Shown: positions 40,513 to 51,919, counted from the first letter of the stretch. The stretch is 64,000 nt of DNA from Candidatus Heimdallarchaeota archaeon (GCA_048881705.1 JBHLSH010000004.1:5410-69409), one strand, 5' to 3'. The notes: a model not told the origin generated them from the sequence alone. Numbers and translations are program-made.

Positions 40513-41240
40513 ACACTAGTCACCTTTTTTATCCTTTTGACCGTAGGAAAATCCTCAAGCGACACAATTTGGCCATCTCGAAGATGAAATACCCGATGGG
40601 CTTTCTCTGTAATGCTGATATCATGTGAAACAACGATATAAGTTCCACCAAATTTCTCATTGAGTTCTTTCATAAGTTCGGAAATCTTTTGACCTGTTAC
40701 GTAATCTAAGTTTCCAGTGGGTTCATCAGCAACAACGATTTCTGGATTTTTAACTAGTGCGCGAGCTATGGCCACTCTCTGTTGCTCCCCACCAGAAAGT
40801 TGGCTTGGAAACCGATCTATTTTATCGTGCAAGCCAACAGCCTCCAACATACTTTCGGCTCTTTGTTTTATCCCATTTCGTTCCCCTTTAAATTCCAAAG
40901 AAAGGGCTACATTCTCCCAGGCCCGTAAAGAGGGAATAAGATTAAAAAATTGGAAGATCCAGCCAACCTTATTACGACGGTATTCGGATAGTTTCCCACT
41001 CGACCACTGAGTAATCTCCTTACCACCTATCTTCACGCTCCCACTGGTGGGAGAATCAATGCCGCCAATCTGGTTAAGTAATGTGGTTTTTCCAGACCCA
41101 CTTGGGCCCAGTACAACAGCAAATTCTCCTTCGTATACTTCCATATTTATTCCGCGCAGAGCTTTAATGGTTATTTCTCCAATATAGAAATCACGGTGAA
41201 CATCAGAGACTTTTACTGCTATGCTTTTGGATTCAGCCAT
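40509..41240 (-). CDS. ABC ATP-binding protein (LolD/MacB type)
   Basis: [38 protein letters not shown]. Confidence 0.95.
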   Translation of the reverse strand: MAESKSIAVKVSDVHRDFYIGEITIKALRGINMEVYEGEFAVVLGPSGSGKTTLLNQIGGIDSPTSGSVKIGGKEITQWSSGKLSEYRRNKVGWIFQFFNLIPSLRAWENVALSLEFKGERNGIKQRAESMLEAVGLHDKIDRFPSQLSGGEQQRVAIARALVKNPEIVVADEPTGNLDYVTGQKISELMKELNEKFGGTYIVVSHDISITEKAHRVFHLRDGQIVSLEDFPTVKRIKKVTSV

Positions 41241-41418
41241 TTTGGTACCCGCCTTTAGAATTTAGACTTTCTATACAGAATTAATTGGTTTAGAGGAAAT
41301 TTCTTTATTTGCGAAATTGACGCAATTTTCCAATATATATAACTTTTGATAGTACCAAAATCTAATGGGCCCAACCCAATTCGAAAGGAGAGAACTCCAG
41401 AATTGGTACCACCGGATT

Positions 41419-42576
41419 TTAATATCCGATGGTCATTCCAATGAAGTCAAAAATTCCAATAAACAAGGTAATTCCCAACAAAATTGTAAACAACCGACGT
41501 TCCTTGAGCGGAATGACTGATAAGCAAGGGTAAAACCACATCCAGTACCATGGAAATGCAGTCGCATATATCTTTAAGAATCCAAGTAAAATGACAAAGG
41601 GAATCCAATAAGATCTCGTGAAGATGCCCTCGAACCTCTTTACTGTGGACTCATTGGTTGAAAGTGCTCCAAGCCAATAGAAAAAAGCCAATATTAGCAC
41701 CCCTGTAGAGAGTAAAGAGGAGACACTGGGATGAAGTATTAATAGAGGGTTTGAAGCCAGCTGCCCAGAATATTCTCCCAAATTTCCGAAATGCCCGAAA
41801 TAGGTGAGAATGTAATTTGATACAAGTAACGGGAAAGAAAATGCCAGGATGGTCATACTCATTGTTAAAACGCCAGTGACTAGGAGTTTCACTCTGTGTC
41901 GATCAAGAACCGCAAAATAAGGTAACAACAAGACGGATACATATTTCCAGTTAAAGCCAATCCCAATACTCAAATAGCTCAAAATCTTGTTATATGGGCG
42001 AAGGAATATCGGAAGTAGTAAGAAAAAGACAGTTAATGCAGTTGATTGACCCTCAAAAGCCGAAAATGGAATAGAAAAAAGCAGGTACGAGAGAGAAAAC
42101 AAGATTTCTGATGTTTCAATATTCTTGATTCCTTGGTAATGGAGCTTTTCTCTGCGAAACAATAGGAGCAGGAGAAAGAAGTTGGTAATATCAATCAATG
42201 ATAGTACCCACTTCGCAAGGATAGGGGAAACTGGTAAGGGAGCTAAAACAGCCCAAAAAAGCAACTGGAGAGAGGGATAATCAAAAGTGGTATTTGGATA
42301 GGATAGCAATCCCGATGCGGGGTCTCCTATGCTATAATTTGGATCTATCTCAAGGGGAGTTTTATCATATACCGTAAATCCATATCGCCAGAAGGCCCTA
42401 CCGTAAAAGAGATTTCTTTCAAAGTCACTGGTTACTAGAGGACTTACTAGAGCACCTATAACAAGGTGGAGGATAATTAGAATAAAAAAAACAGCTTTTA
42501 GGGAACCTAAATCGCTAATGATCGAGCGCAATTGTGTATAATACCGATTCCAAGGCGGGATATCTGAATTCTGCAT
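41419..42576 (-). CDS. GT-C superfamily glycosyltransferase (GT87-like)
   Basis: TSDF...G...Y...DYP, EGQS and G...K.....LP pattern within about 10 TMs. Confidence 0.6.
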   Translation of the reverse strand: MQNSDIPPWNRYYTQLRSIISDLGSLKAVFFILIILHLVIGALVSPLVTSDFERNLFYGRAFWRYGFTVYDKTPLEIDPNYSIGDPASGLLSYPNTTFDYPSLQLLFWAVLAPLPVSPILAKWVLSLIDITNFFLLLLLFRREKLHYQGIKNIETSEILFSLSYLLFSIPFSAFEGQSTALTVFFLLLPIFLRPYNKILSYLSIGIGFNWKYVSVLLLPYFAVLDRHRVKLLVTGVLTMSMTILAFSFPLLVSNYILTYFGHFGNLGEYSGQLASNPLLILHPSVSSLLSTGVLILAFFYWLGALSTNESTVKRFEGIFTRSYWIPFVILLGFLKIYATAFPWYWMWFYPCLSVIPLKERRLFTILLGITLFIGIFDFIGMTIGY

Positions 42577-42637
42577 GGAAATCGCCAGGAAGAAAATATT
42601 ACCTCTATCTCATACGGGGATTCATTCGTAATATTGG

Positions 42638-44071
42638 TTAGGCAAGAGATTCCACATTTTCGCTTCTGCTAACTCTCATATTGGTCATGCTGAATAAAGT
42701 GATCACAAGAAATCCAAGAAAGAAAAATGCGCCTTGAAAGTTGCTCAATCCAATGTAAAAAGCAGTTAGGATTGCTAATATTATTACCATTGAGGCCTCA
42801 AATACCTTGATATCTAGATCAATAACAGGATTACTTTCACTTGCTCTTTGAGTCCTATAAAAGGGTTCTGGCTTATTAATGAGCGATCTAGTAAGACCTA
42901 TGGTCGATGGGACAAGAATCATGATCGTATAAACTAATAACAAGGGGTAGAATATCAGATCAGTCATTCTTCCAAACATCCAGGTAGAAATAATCGTGAA
43001 AATCCCAACAAACAAACCAGTAAATCCCAAGAGGATGAAAATGATTGCGAAACCCAAGTCCTGGCTGATATTTATAGAAAATAAGACCAGATTTAGTGGA
43101 ATGAGTGTAAGTAACAGCGGTAGTACAATAGTTGGTGAAATATGTATCAATAATTGAAGATCTCTTAACGCCGAAGATCGAGCGTTTTTATCGTTGAAGA
43201 GCTTTTTAATTGCCTGCGTTTGGCCAAAAGCCGCCCTTTTATAGGTTTTTTTGAAGGCTTTGAAGCTAACTGGTGCCCCTACATTATACACAATTGCATC
43301 CTTCTCGGCCAAAACATTCCACCCCCGAATTCTGGCGTTAATAGACATATAAATATCTTCACTCATGGTATCCCATGGCATCTCCTCCACAATTTCCTTC
43401 CTGAACACAGCACCATTTCCTGTTATGAAGTTCGGAAATTTCATTGATCCTTTCATTATTGCGAAAAGATAGCCTGGATTATATATTAATCTGGTTAATC
43501 TGGTTAAAAAATCATTATGAGGGAACGCATTTCTGGCCAAGACAAAACCAACATCATTACGTTCGAAATGAGGTAAGGATTTTCTGAGGAAATCCCTATG
43601 TAAGTAGCTATCCCCAGCAATAACTGCAATAATATTCTTTGTTGTATATTGAGTTGCCAGGTTTAATGCTCCAGCTACAAACTTAGTAGAGGCATTTTTT
43701 CCATCCCCAAACCTATCCTTGTATATCAATTTTATAGACAAACGATCAGTAAACTGATTCACAACCGCCTTGGTTTGATCCTTGATTTTTTTGATATCGG
43801 TCTGATCTATAATTATGATCTCAATCTTTTCTAAGGGGAAATTTTGTTCGTAGATACTATTGAGGAGCTTGTTGATCATACTTGGCTCTTCATTGTAGAT
43901 AGGGATTTGAATAGTGACGCCGCCAATGGCATCCAAATCGTAATCTCTGATTGGTCCCTTGAATACCCTAAAGAAGATGTAGCGGACGGTGATAAAAATC
44001 ATGTCTATATTATATATATTCATCAGAAACATAATCAGAAAGTACGAGAGAATTGTTAGTTCGTTAATCAA
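42638..44071 (-). CDS. Membrane GT2 (cellulose-synthase-like) glycosyltransferase with altered motifs
   Basis: QIPIYNE, AGALN, TGNG, SED; TM helices on both sides. Confidence 0.82.
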   Translation of the reverse strand: MINELTILSYFLIMFLMNIYNIDMIFITVRYIFFRVFKGPIRDYDLDAIGGVTIQIPIYNEEPSMINKLLNSIYEQNFPLEKIEIIIIDQTDIKKIKDQTKAVVNQFTDRLSIKLIYKDRFGDGKNASTKFVAGALNLATQYTTKNIIAVIAGDSYLHRDFLRKSLPHFERNDVGFVLARNAFPHNDFLTRLTRLIYNPGYLFAIMKGSMKFPNFITGNGAVFRKEIVEEMPWDTMSEDIYMSINARIRGWNVLAEKDAIVYNVGAPVSFKAFKKTYKRAAFGQTQAIKKLFNDKNARSSALRDLQLLIHISPTIVLPLLLTLIPLNLVLFSINISQDLGFAIIFILLGFTGLFVGIFTIISTWMFGRMTDLIFYPLLLVYTIMILVPSTIGLTRSLINKPEPFYRTQRASESNPVIDLDIKVFEASMVIILAILTAFYIGLSNFQGAFFFLGFLVITLFSMTNMRVSRSENVESLA

Positions 44072-44501
44072 ACTGGGTCCCTTATATTTAGCACGAACAA
44101 ATTGAGTGCTGCTACTAAATAATCATTATCAGTGTAAAATGCCTTTCATTGGGTATTTAACAACATCTGCATGATTTTTCTATCGTTTTTTAAGCCTTTC
44201 AATTTATTATTGTTTAAACTCACCGATTGAAAGGAAGTTTGCTATTTCCCAGCAAGGTGGGTGGTTTGTGGATAAAAAGAATTCTCAAAATTGGGACTTT
44301 TTCTCTAATGAAGGATCGTCTCATATGACTTCCTTTGGGTTTCTCAGGAGACAAACCGATATCTCTTCTTACAAGGACGGTTTCCAATTCTCGTGACATA
44401 ACAGCTTAATCTTATATCAAAGACTCTATAAATTCACTCCATTTTAGGAGTTTTGACAAGGAAAAAGATAAAAAGGATATCCACGGGGGCCACATTACTA
44501 A

Positions 44502-45701
44502 ATGGGCGTAGAAGTAAGAAAAAAAGTGTTTTCCCGCATTAGACGTTATTTGAATTCAAATCCAAGCGATCTTCAGGGAGTACAAAGTCTTAGAGAGGCC
44601 AACGGTGTAAAAGATAGAGTAGATGCTGTGATTCGACGATTGGACGAATTTTCGCCCATCGAAACTCTAAATTGGAACCTAGAGGATCGAAAACTCTATC
44701 GTGAGAGTGCAATAGCTGCAGGAATCCATTTTATCAGACAATATCCAATGATGTTTCATACCCCCAACTCCCTCCGTGCATGTTTTGGGATGCCAACGCG
44801 AGCGGATAGGAAGAAAGGACGGTATTCGTCAATTTTTCTTAGGAATGAAGCTATTGACAGGCAACTTCGTCCAAAAATCCCTGATTTGGAGGATTTAAAG
44901 AAGATTCTCCAAAAACAAAGTCGCAATGGGAAATTTCACGAAGTTTCCGCTATTGAGGCACATCTTGAACGGATCATGAAGAGAGATTACCAAGAGGAGG
45001 AAATTCAAAAACCTATTTCTGATCACCATCCTAAGAGTATTGAGCATCTAAAACTATTTTTGACCGAATTTGGATTCGAAGACCTTCAGGAACATAGTGA
45101 AGTTGAGGACGAAGAAGATCTCCAAAACGATGACGGAGTTTTACTTGCTCCTGACTTGATTGGGAGATTTCAGGGCAAAGAATGTTGGATTGAACTCAAA
45201 GAATATCGAGAACATCGTTTTAATTCGAAGGTTCTTTTCCAGGTTTTTCGATACTTACAGCAAAACTCATTGGTTTTCCTCGTTACTACCTCAGATCTAC
45301 CAAGCTTTACGCAATTGCTGGACCAGCAAAACTGGACACGTAAAGCATTAAAGAGCTGGGGCAGGCAACAACAGAATCGTCTAAACTCGGAGTTTTCAAC
45401 ATGGAATTCAAAGCAAACGAAATTCTATGACTACGGCACTTCGTTAAATCTGACTCCACGTCTAGAAGCTATCTATCTAACTATCGTAGGGGAGGTTATT
45501 AAGGAAGAACTGGGCGTCTTGGGTACAGAGATTAATGGGATCCAGAAATTTCTAAAGATACTTTCTCTACTCCCTCAAGAGATCAAAGTTTTTAATTTTG
45601 ATGACATTTTAAGAGATGGCCGTGAACTAGCTTCAACTTCAACGATCCTTATTAAGATGGATTATATTAGTCCAAAACATTCTCCGAAAGAAGGATCTTA
45701 A
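44502..45701 (+). CDS. Putative PD-(D/E)XK nuclease
   Basis: PDLIG...WIELK...QVFRY. Confidence 0.55.
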   Translation: MGVEVRKKVFSRIRRYLNSNPSDLQGVQSLREANGVKDRVDAVIRRLDEFSPIETLNWNLEDRKLYRESAIAAGIHFIRQYPMMFHTPNSLRACFGMPTRADRKKGRYSSIFLRNEAIDRQLRPKIPDLEDLKKILQKQSRNGKFHEVSAIEAHLERIMKRDYQEEEIQKPISDHHPKSIEHLKLFLTEFGFEDLQEHSEVEDEEDLQNDDGVLLAPDLIGRFQGKECWIELKEYREHRFNSKVLFQVFRYLQQNSLVFLVTTSDLPSFTQLLDQQNWTRKALKSWGRQQQNRLNSEFSTWNSKQTKFYDYGTSLNLTPRLEAIYLTIVGEVIKEELGVLGTEINGIQKFLKILSLLPQEIKVFNFDDILRDGRELASTSTILIKMDYISPKHSPKEGS

Positions 45702-45703
45702 CC

Positions 45704-46456
45704 CTAACTCAAAAGGAATAAAGTTGGTCCACCGAAAAGCGGCCATAAAAACAATAATCCCATTGTCATAACCAAAATTCCCACGAAACCTTCAAATACA
45801 CGGTAATGTTTCCTGATAAAGGAAGTAAGTGGTAATAAGGGGAAGAATATCAGAAGAAAGTACGGAAGGAACACTCCGATAGAAAATAATGTCATTCCAA
45901 CGCTAGTGAATATGACATTGCTTGCAGCTGTGACCAAAGCGAGTAGTACAATGAATGCAGGGAATGCGCAGGGCAATGCGATTATAGAATAACCCATTCC
46001 GAGAATAAACAGATCCAGATTTCGATAAGTTTCTTTCTGCATAACTTCGGTAACACGTTGAGGGACGGGAATTCGCCCAAAGGTTAGTTTTCCCAGTCGG
46101 GGAGAAAGAAAAAGAATTCCTGTTAAAATGAGTAGAATTCCTAGGAGGTAGGTAAGTGGACGATATGCATTGGTCAAAAACAGCCCTAATTGTTGCCAGA
46201 TGTGTAGATATACGATTGAAGCCCCGGCGAAGGCAAAAACTATCCCACTAGTCAGCAAAATGACCCATTGGAAGGCCTGCCTTCTGGTGTGAGACGGTGT
46301 GGTTTCTAGTTGATTCGAGGTTGTCTTATCCAAAACTCTGAAAATCGTAAGTGGCATGATGGGAAATAGACATGGCGATAACGCGATGTAAAGCCCAACT
46401 ATAAAAAAGAGAGGCAATCCAATGGATTCATCAATCTTGATGCCGTAAATAAGCAT
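45704..46456 (-). CDS. ccdA: CcdA/DsbD-type cytochrome c biogenesis / electron-transfer membrane protein
   Basis: LSPCLFP and LPCAFP Cys pair in a 6-7 TM protein. Confidence 0.85.
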   Translation of the reverse strand: MLIYGIKIDESIGLPLFFIVGLYIALSPCLFPIMPLTIFRVLDKTTSNQLETTPSHTRRQAFQWVILLTSGIVFAFAGASIVYLHIWQQLGLFLTNAYRPLTYLLGILLILTGILFLSPRLGKLTFGRIPVPQRVTEVMQKETYRNLDLFILGMGYSIIALPCAFPAFIVLLALVTAASNVIFTSVGMTLFSIGVFLPYFLLIFFPLLPLTSFIRKHYRVFEGFVGILVMTMGLLFLWPLFGGPTLFLLS

Positions 46457-46502
46457 GAAAAACCCTCAGAAAGCAATAGGTTTTGAATCTAAATTTGTAT
46501 TA

Positions 46503-47153
46503 TCAACCTTGCTGAATCCAACGTGATAGATCATTAAAACTGGTAACTCCTTGTTCCCAGTGACGGATGATTCCATTATCATTGATAAAGACAAGCGTAG
46601 GGATGAAGTTGACCTGATATTTGATTGCACCTTCCTGGGAGTAATCGAATCCCACAACCCACTCCATAGAATGTTGGGCTTTGAACGAGGCTAGGGTAGG
46701 AAGGTCATCGTCGAGGCTGGCCGAGACCGATAGAATTTGAACCTGTGGATATATAGATCGAACCTGTTTCAATACAGCGATCACATCGATGCAAGGAATG
46801 CACCATGTGGCAAAAAAATCCAAGATAATCGGCTTACCAATATAATCAGACAAACTAACGACACTTTCGTCCAATAGTTGAAAGGAAAAGTCGGTTTGAG
46901 AAACGTTATCTGCGATTATTGAATTGTCATCATTTTTGGGCTGTATACTCGCTAGATCACCAAATGACAGTAAACCGATCCCTAAAATTACGATGATGAA
47001 AAGTGATCCAACGGCAATGGGCCTTGTAAACGATTTTTTTGTCACGACACCGTTATTTTTCTGTTTTTTCTGGAGAGAGTCCAAGGAGGCCAGGACCTCT
47101 ACTCTTTTTTCATCTGATGTCTGGTTGCGTTCTTGCGTCCCAGGTATTCCCAT
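46503..47153 (-). CDS. Membrane-anchored TlpA/ResA thioredoxin-like protein
   Basis: TM anchor, FFATWCIPC, cis-Pro motif IPT. Confidence 0.88.
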   Translation of the reverse strand: MGIPGTQERNQTSDEKRVEVLASLDSLQKKQKNNGVVTKKSFTRPIAVGSLFIIVILGIGLLSFGDLASIQPKNDDNSIIADNVSQTDFSFQLLDESVVSLSDYIGKPIILDFFATWCIPCIDVIAVLKQVRSIYPQVQILSVSASLDDDLPTLASFKAQHSMEWVVGFDYSQEGAIKYQVNFIPTLVFINDNGIIRHWEQGVTSFNDLSRWIQQG

Positions 47154-47423
47154 TGAACGACGGCGTGAACTCAGGATAAAGAACTTCCTTACATTATCTA
47201 GCGCTTATACAAGTAACAAGCGGCTTTAAACCGTTTTCTCTTCGATTCAACAAGTCCGAGTTTAAAAAACCTCCAATGGTTTGCCAATGCAAATAATGCA
47301 AGAATATAAAACCCTAAATCTCCCAATAATCACAGTTGCGGTTTATTCTTTCCAGAAAGGGCATTTATTGTTTCATTGAACCGAACTTCCCAACGGAGCG
47401 GTTCTGGACATTGATTTCTTTTT

Positions 47424-48176
47424 TTACCAATAAAGCTTCTTTGCAGGCGTATATTCTTGAGTGTAGTCTTCCAAGATCTGCCCGTCAGAGAGACGAATAA
47501 CCCGATCCCCCAAGGGACAAATTGCTTCATTATGGGTAACAACGATTACAGTTCTGTTTTGCTCTTTTCCAGTCATTGCCTCCATTATCTCTAATATAGC
47601 GCGACCGATAGTATAATCGAGATTGCCCGTGGGTTCATCAGCCAGTAGGATCTCTGGTTCTTTTGCAAGTGCTCGTGCTATGCTCACTCTTTGTTGTTCA
47701 CCGCCTGAAAGTTCTTTAGGAAAGTGATTCATTCGGTCTTCAAGTCCCACTCTTTTAAGGTATTCGATGGCCTTTTTTCTGACGCTAGAGGAGTCGAAGG
47801 TAACGGAAGTGTTGTTATCTGGTTGTTTTTTAACACCAACCAACTCCAGAGCATACTCAACGTTTTCTAGTGCCGTCAAGCGCGAGATAAGATTGAAAAA
47901 TTGAAAAATTACACCTACTTTCTTTCGACGATATACAGTTAACCACTTGGCGGAGAGAGTTGAAAGCGGGATCTCATCAACCGTCACTTTCCCCCTAGTA
48001 GGGATATCCAAACCCCCTATCATATTCATCAGGGTCGTTTTTCCAGCTCCGGAAGGTCCAAAGACTATAACTAGTTCTCCTCTGTCAACAGTCAGATTCA
48101 CACCATTTAACGCCCGAATTGGTTTCTCTCCAAGGATATACTCCTTTTCTACTTCCTCTAATTCAATAAACGCCAT
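47424..48176 (-). CDS. ABC ATP-binding protein (LolD type)
   Basis: [31 protein letters not shown]. Confidence 0.95.
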   Translation of the reverse strand: MAFIELEEVEKEYILGEKPIRALNGVNLTVDRGELVIVFGPSGAGKTTLMNMIGGLDIPTRGKVTVDEIPLSTLSAKWLTVYRRKKVGVIFQFFNLISRLTALENVEYALELVGVKKQPDNNTSVTFDSSSVRKKAIEYLKRVGLEDRMNHFPKELSGGEQQRVSIARALAKEPEILLADEPTGNLDYTIGRAILEIMEAMTGKEQNRTVIVVTHNEAICPLGDRVIRLSDGQILEDYTQEYTPAKKLYW

Positions 48177-48187
48177 TTCTAGTTCCT

Positions 48188-50719
48188 TCAGACTACCCTT
48201 TCTTTGGTGGCTTCAGCCAAGTTTAGGCGGAGAGTATTTCGCAATGGAAAATATTGAGCAAGCAGGATCCCAGAGAATGTCAATACAAAGCTTAGAAGCA
48301 TTGTTTCGGTACTAATAAAGAGCTTGATCCGGAAAAATTCCAAATCAAGGATTACATCCATGAAAAACCATAACAAGAGCCAGCCAAAGATTAAACCAAA
48401 GAATGTTCCTATAATCGTAATGGTTAAGTTTTCCACGGTCACGTTCCTTACAATATTTCGGTTAGGAGTTCCAATGGTAAGTAAAGTAGCCAGCTCTCTT
48501 TGTTGTTCTTGAAGATTAATATAAACCGTATTATATACCATAGCTACTGCCAAAAGTACGGCAAAAAAGGCCACTACGTACATGATGGCATATATCACAT
48601 TGAGAAGATCAACTAAATCGGTAGTTTGCTCAGCTCTTGTAAAAATGTTACGGACGTTAAAATCAAAAGATGTCCAGATGTTCTCACGAATGCTTTCTAG
48701 ATTTTCTAACTTTGAATTTTCCAGTTTCAAAAGAATGGAGTTGGCAGGCGAGCCAGGAAAATTACTTTCCTCTTTGAGACGATCTAGGCCCACGTACGCC
48801 ACTAGACCATTGAATTCGTCCACGATGCCACTCACGGTGAATGTTACATTTTCCATCTCAAAATGGGCTCTTAAAGGGGCAGTACTAACCAGTTTCGTTA
48901 ACTTGGGTAGTTCCAGGCTGACATTATCTCCTCTCCAAACCCCCAGCTTTTCGGCAACAGGAACTGAAAGAACAATACCCCGATTACTAAAATTACCTTC
49001 TTCAAAGACGAATTTATGACCATAATATCCATTAATCTCCTTGATTCCGATTAATTGAACTGTTTTTTCTTCTATGGACTTTGTTGACGTCACCGTTGCT
49101 CCCGAAAGCAAATGATACGTACCATTTGATACTCCATCTATTCTTACAAGTGCATTAACGATATCAGAGGCATTGGTGGGTACTTCATTAAAATCAATCC
49201 TCAAATCCCAATCTTCAACCTCTGTATATTGGGTGACCAGTGCACGATTCATTGATTCGACCATTCCAAATCCCATTGTAACCAAGGAGACCGAAATCAC
49301 AACAGCAAACACAGAGGAAAACAAACGCCTTCTGCTACGGAATATATTTCTGAGGGGAAGACGAAAACCAGTCACTCTGGGCTTGATCATGAATTTATTC
49401 AGAATTCGCTCCACAAGTGGTACTCTTCCAGTAGTGATGTGGAGAGAAGGGTCAAATCGAAGGCTTTCTGCGGGAAGTGATTGTATAGCACCACGTACTG
49501 GCAAATATCCTCCCAGCAGACCCGTTGCCAAACCCAAAAAGACTCCCACAACAACGATAGGCCATTCAAAGGTGACGCGAGCTGGAAAGGGTATCTTGAT
49601 CACGCTTATGTACATTGGACTGAAGATGCTAGAGAATCCCACTCCCAAGAATACTCCGAGGATTGTTCCGATAATGGCTATAGTAAAACCAATTCCAACG
49701 TATTGAGTAATTATCGTTCGCCGACTGTATCCAAGGGCCTGCGCAACACCGATATCTTTTCGCTCTGCCACGACCATACGACCGAGGAGAACGTAAAGTC
49801 CCCCCATTGCCATACCAAGGAGGATCAAAGGCAAAACAAATCCAAATTCCCTCGCCTCTTCTATATCCAGCCGAAGTAGATAATATGATACCTGTTTGTC
49901 TATATCTATTGGTTCTCCTAATTTGAGATTGTGGTTTTCCTCAAGAAAATTCCTCATCCTGATCGCTATGCTCTCACGGGTCGTTGCAGTCAGAGAAGAG
50001 TCAAGTCTGACCGAAATCTCGTTTACTTTTCCTGGTACACCCAGCAAAAGCTGGGCAGCACTTAAAGGCATAAAGATGACGCCAAATCGACGGGGGCTTG
50101 GAAGAATATCTGCATATGAACCCATGTTCATCAAATACTCGGGGGATGCGATAATCCCTTCAATCTTGAATACCGCTTTTTCGTCTCCAACCGCGATGTA
50201 CTCGTTTGGTTCTAGTTTCCAGTACTCAGCCAGATGTGCTTCGACATGACTGACGTTCTGATATTGGCTTAGGGCCGAAAAATCGTTACCAGACAGAAGT
50301 TTATACCCATTAACTTTCGGCTGTGTACGAAATTTCCCCAGCAAATCTGTTGTACTATATGCAACAATTCTTCCGTTCTGGCGATTACCCCGTATCTCAA
50401 AAACTGTGTCATAAACAATCCGAAGTTCAAAATCCACGATTCTTGATTCTTCTTCAGCAAATTCTGTTAGATAACTAGTTAAATTCCCATAATCAATCCA
50501 AGCATCGCTCCCAGAGCCTCCTGGATTTGCTGTTTGAACAGTGAAACTTGCCATATCATAATCGTTGAATGCTCCTTGATACGTAGTATCTAGATGGACG
50601 AAGGCAGAAAGTAAACTTATGAATGATACTATTCCGACGGCGATGATCAGAGCAATAGACAGAAATCGGATTTTATTGGCATTAATTGCCCTAAAAATGT
50701 TTTTCAATGTTTTTGCCAT
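48188..50719 (-). CDS. FtsX/MacB-like ABC permease
   Basis: ERKDIGVAQALG and QQRELATLLTIG motifs; ATG 50719 with GAGG upstream. Confidence 0.88.
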   Translation of the reverse strand: MAKTLKNIFRAINANKIRFLSIALIIAVGIVSFISLLSAFVHLDTTYQGAFNDYDMASFTVQTANPGGSGSDAWIDYGNLTSYLTEFAEEESRIVDFELRIVYDTVFEIRGNRQNGRIVAYSTTDLLGKFRTQPKVNGYKLLSGNDFSALSQYQNVSHVEAHLAEYWKLEPNEYIAVGDEKAVFKIEGIIASPEYLMNMGSYADILPSPRRFGVIFMPLSAAQLLLGVPGKVNEISVRLDSSLTATTRESIAIRMRNFLEENHNLKLGEPIDIDKQVSYYLLRLDIEEAREFGFVLPLILLGMAMGGLYVLLGRMVVAERKDIGVAQALGYSRRTIITQYVGIGFTIAIIGTILGVFLGVGFSSIFSPMYISVIKIPFPARVTFEWPIVVVGVFLGLATGLLGGYLPVRGAIQSLPAESLRFDPSLHITTGRVPLVERILNKFMIKPRVTGFRLPLRNIFRSRRRLFSSVFAVVISVSLVTMGFGMVESMNRALVTQYTEVEDWDLRIDFNEVPTNASDIVNALVRIDGVSNGTYHLLSGATVTSTKSIEEKTVQLIGIKEINGYYGHKFVFEEGNFSNRGIVLSVPVAEKLGVWRGDNVSLELPKLTKLVSTAPLRAHFEMENVTFTVSGIVDEFNGLVAYVGLDRLKEESNFPGSPANSILLKLENSKLENLESIRENIWTSFDFNVRNIFTRAEQTTDLVDLLNVIYAIMYVVAFFAVLLAVAMVYNTVYINLQEQQRELATLLTIGTPNRNIVRNVTVENLTITIIGTFFGLIFGWLLLWFFMDVILDLEFFRIKLFISTETMLLSFVLTFSGILLAQYFPLRNTLRLNLAEATKERVV

Positions 50720-50733
50720 AATTCCTCGCCAGG

Positions 50734-51459
50734 TTACCAAGAAATTTGATTAGCATCTAGAGGATTTTGTGTTTCGACGGAGTCGACCTCTCCAGACCGT
50801 AACCTTACAACACGATGTCCTATCTGGGCAATCTTTTGATTATGAGTAACTAACAGCACAAGGATCTCTCGCTGCCTATGGGTTACCATTTCCTGAATCA
50901 CGGAAAGAACTTTCCTCCCTTCTTTAACTGAAAGTTCACCGGTTGGTTCGTCGCATAATAAAATTTGAGGTTCTTTTGCGAAGGCCCGTGCAGCCGCAAC
51001 TCGTTGCTGTTCTCCCCCAGACATCTGACTAGGAAAATGGTAGGCTTTTTCATCCATCCCGACAGCTTTAAGATACTCAAATGCCTTTTTTTCGACTTGT
51101 CTCCTAGCTTTAATTTGACCAGCCAACTCTACAGAATAAGAAACATTCTCCAGGGCGTTATAAATGGGTAAGAGATTGAAGAATTGAAATACAAATCCGC
51201 AGTTAGTCCTTCGAAACTTGCCCAAATCCTTATTACTTAGTTCTGTTATCGAAAGATCACCAAAACTGATTCGTCCCGATGTCGGACGATCGATGCCACC
51301 GATGACATTCAATAATGTAGTTTTACCGGAACCAGATGGCCCCAATACAACCGTAAGCTCACCTGGATCTAATTCCAAAGAAACCCCAAAGAGGGCAAAG
51401 ATTTCATGACCACCCATTTGATAGGTTCTGCTGACAGCTTCCAATTCGACAAGGCCCAA
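50734..51459 (-). CDS. ABC ATP-binding protein (LolD type)
   Basis: [30 protein letters not shown]. Confidence 0.95.
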   Translation of the reverse strand: MGLVELEAVSRTYQMGGHEIFALFGVSLELDPGELTVVLGPSGSGKTTLLNVIGGIDRPTSGRISFGDLSITELSNKDLGKFRRTNCGFVFQFFNLLPIYNALENVSYSVELAGQIKARRQVEKKAFEYLKAVGMDEKAYHFPSQMSGGEQQRVAAARAFAKEPQILLCDEPTGELSVKEGRKVLSVIQEMVTHRQREILVLLVTHNQKIAQIGHRVVRLRSGEVDSVETQNPLDANQISW

Positions 51460-51492
51460 TGGGTAACCACTCAGTATTTTGATTCAAAGGGA

Positions 51493-51900
51493 TTAAAGAC
51501 CAACAATACCCGGATCATACTCTTTTACTACCTTCGTTCCTTGTTTTAGGAAAAAGAAACGGCGTAAGTGTAATAGAAAAGCTCTTTTCGTGGATTCGTT
51601 CTCCGTAGTTACCACTCGCAATCCTAGTACCAATTTACCGATGCTTTGGCCATCTAATAGGCCGGATACGAAGATATGGTATATAGGGAAAAAAATGACA
51701 AACCAAAGAATTATTCCGTAATCTAGAAGGAACGGTTTCAGATCAAACGGAAGAATCTTGCTCCAAAGAATATCATATTCCCAAATGGCACCATAGTGCG
51801 AAATGATCGCAATCACAATTCCGATCATGGCATCGATAGCCAGGGCAAGGATTCGATTCATCATAGATGCTTCTATTAGTTCAATCCTTTCTTTTGACAT
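51493..51900 (-). CDS. RDD family membrane protein
   Basis: RILALAID and GQSIGK.VLGLRVV. Confidence 0.88.
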   Translation of the reverse strand: MSKERIELIEASMMNRILALAIDAMIGIVIAIISHYGAIWEYDILWSKILPFDLKPFLLDYGIILWFVIFFPIYHIFVSGLLDGQSIGKLVLGLRVVTTENESTKRAFLLHLRRFFFLKQGTKVVKEYDPGIVGL

Positions 51901-51919
51901 TTTATTTCAGCTCTGAGGT

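Noticed and set aside
41239-41361. 10-bp inverted repeat ATTTTGGTAC / GTACCAAAAT separated by about 100 bp
   Set aside because: Short, AT-rich, and one arm overlaps a start codon; no transposase or clear target-site duplication, so a MITE is unsupported
4394-45701. Methyltransferase and PD-(D/E)XK nuclease as one restriction-modification system
   Set aside because: They are about 38 kb apart with no evidence of shared specificity
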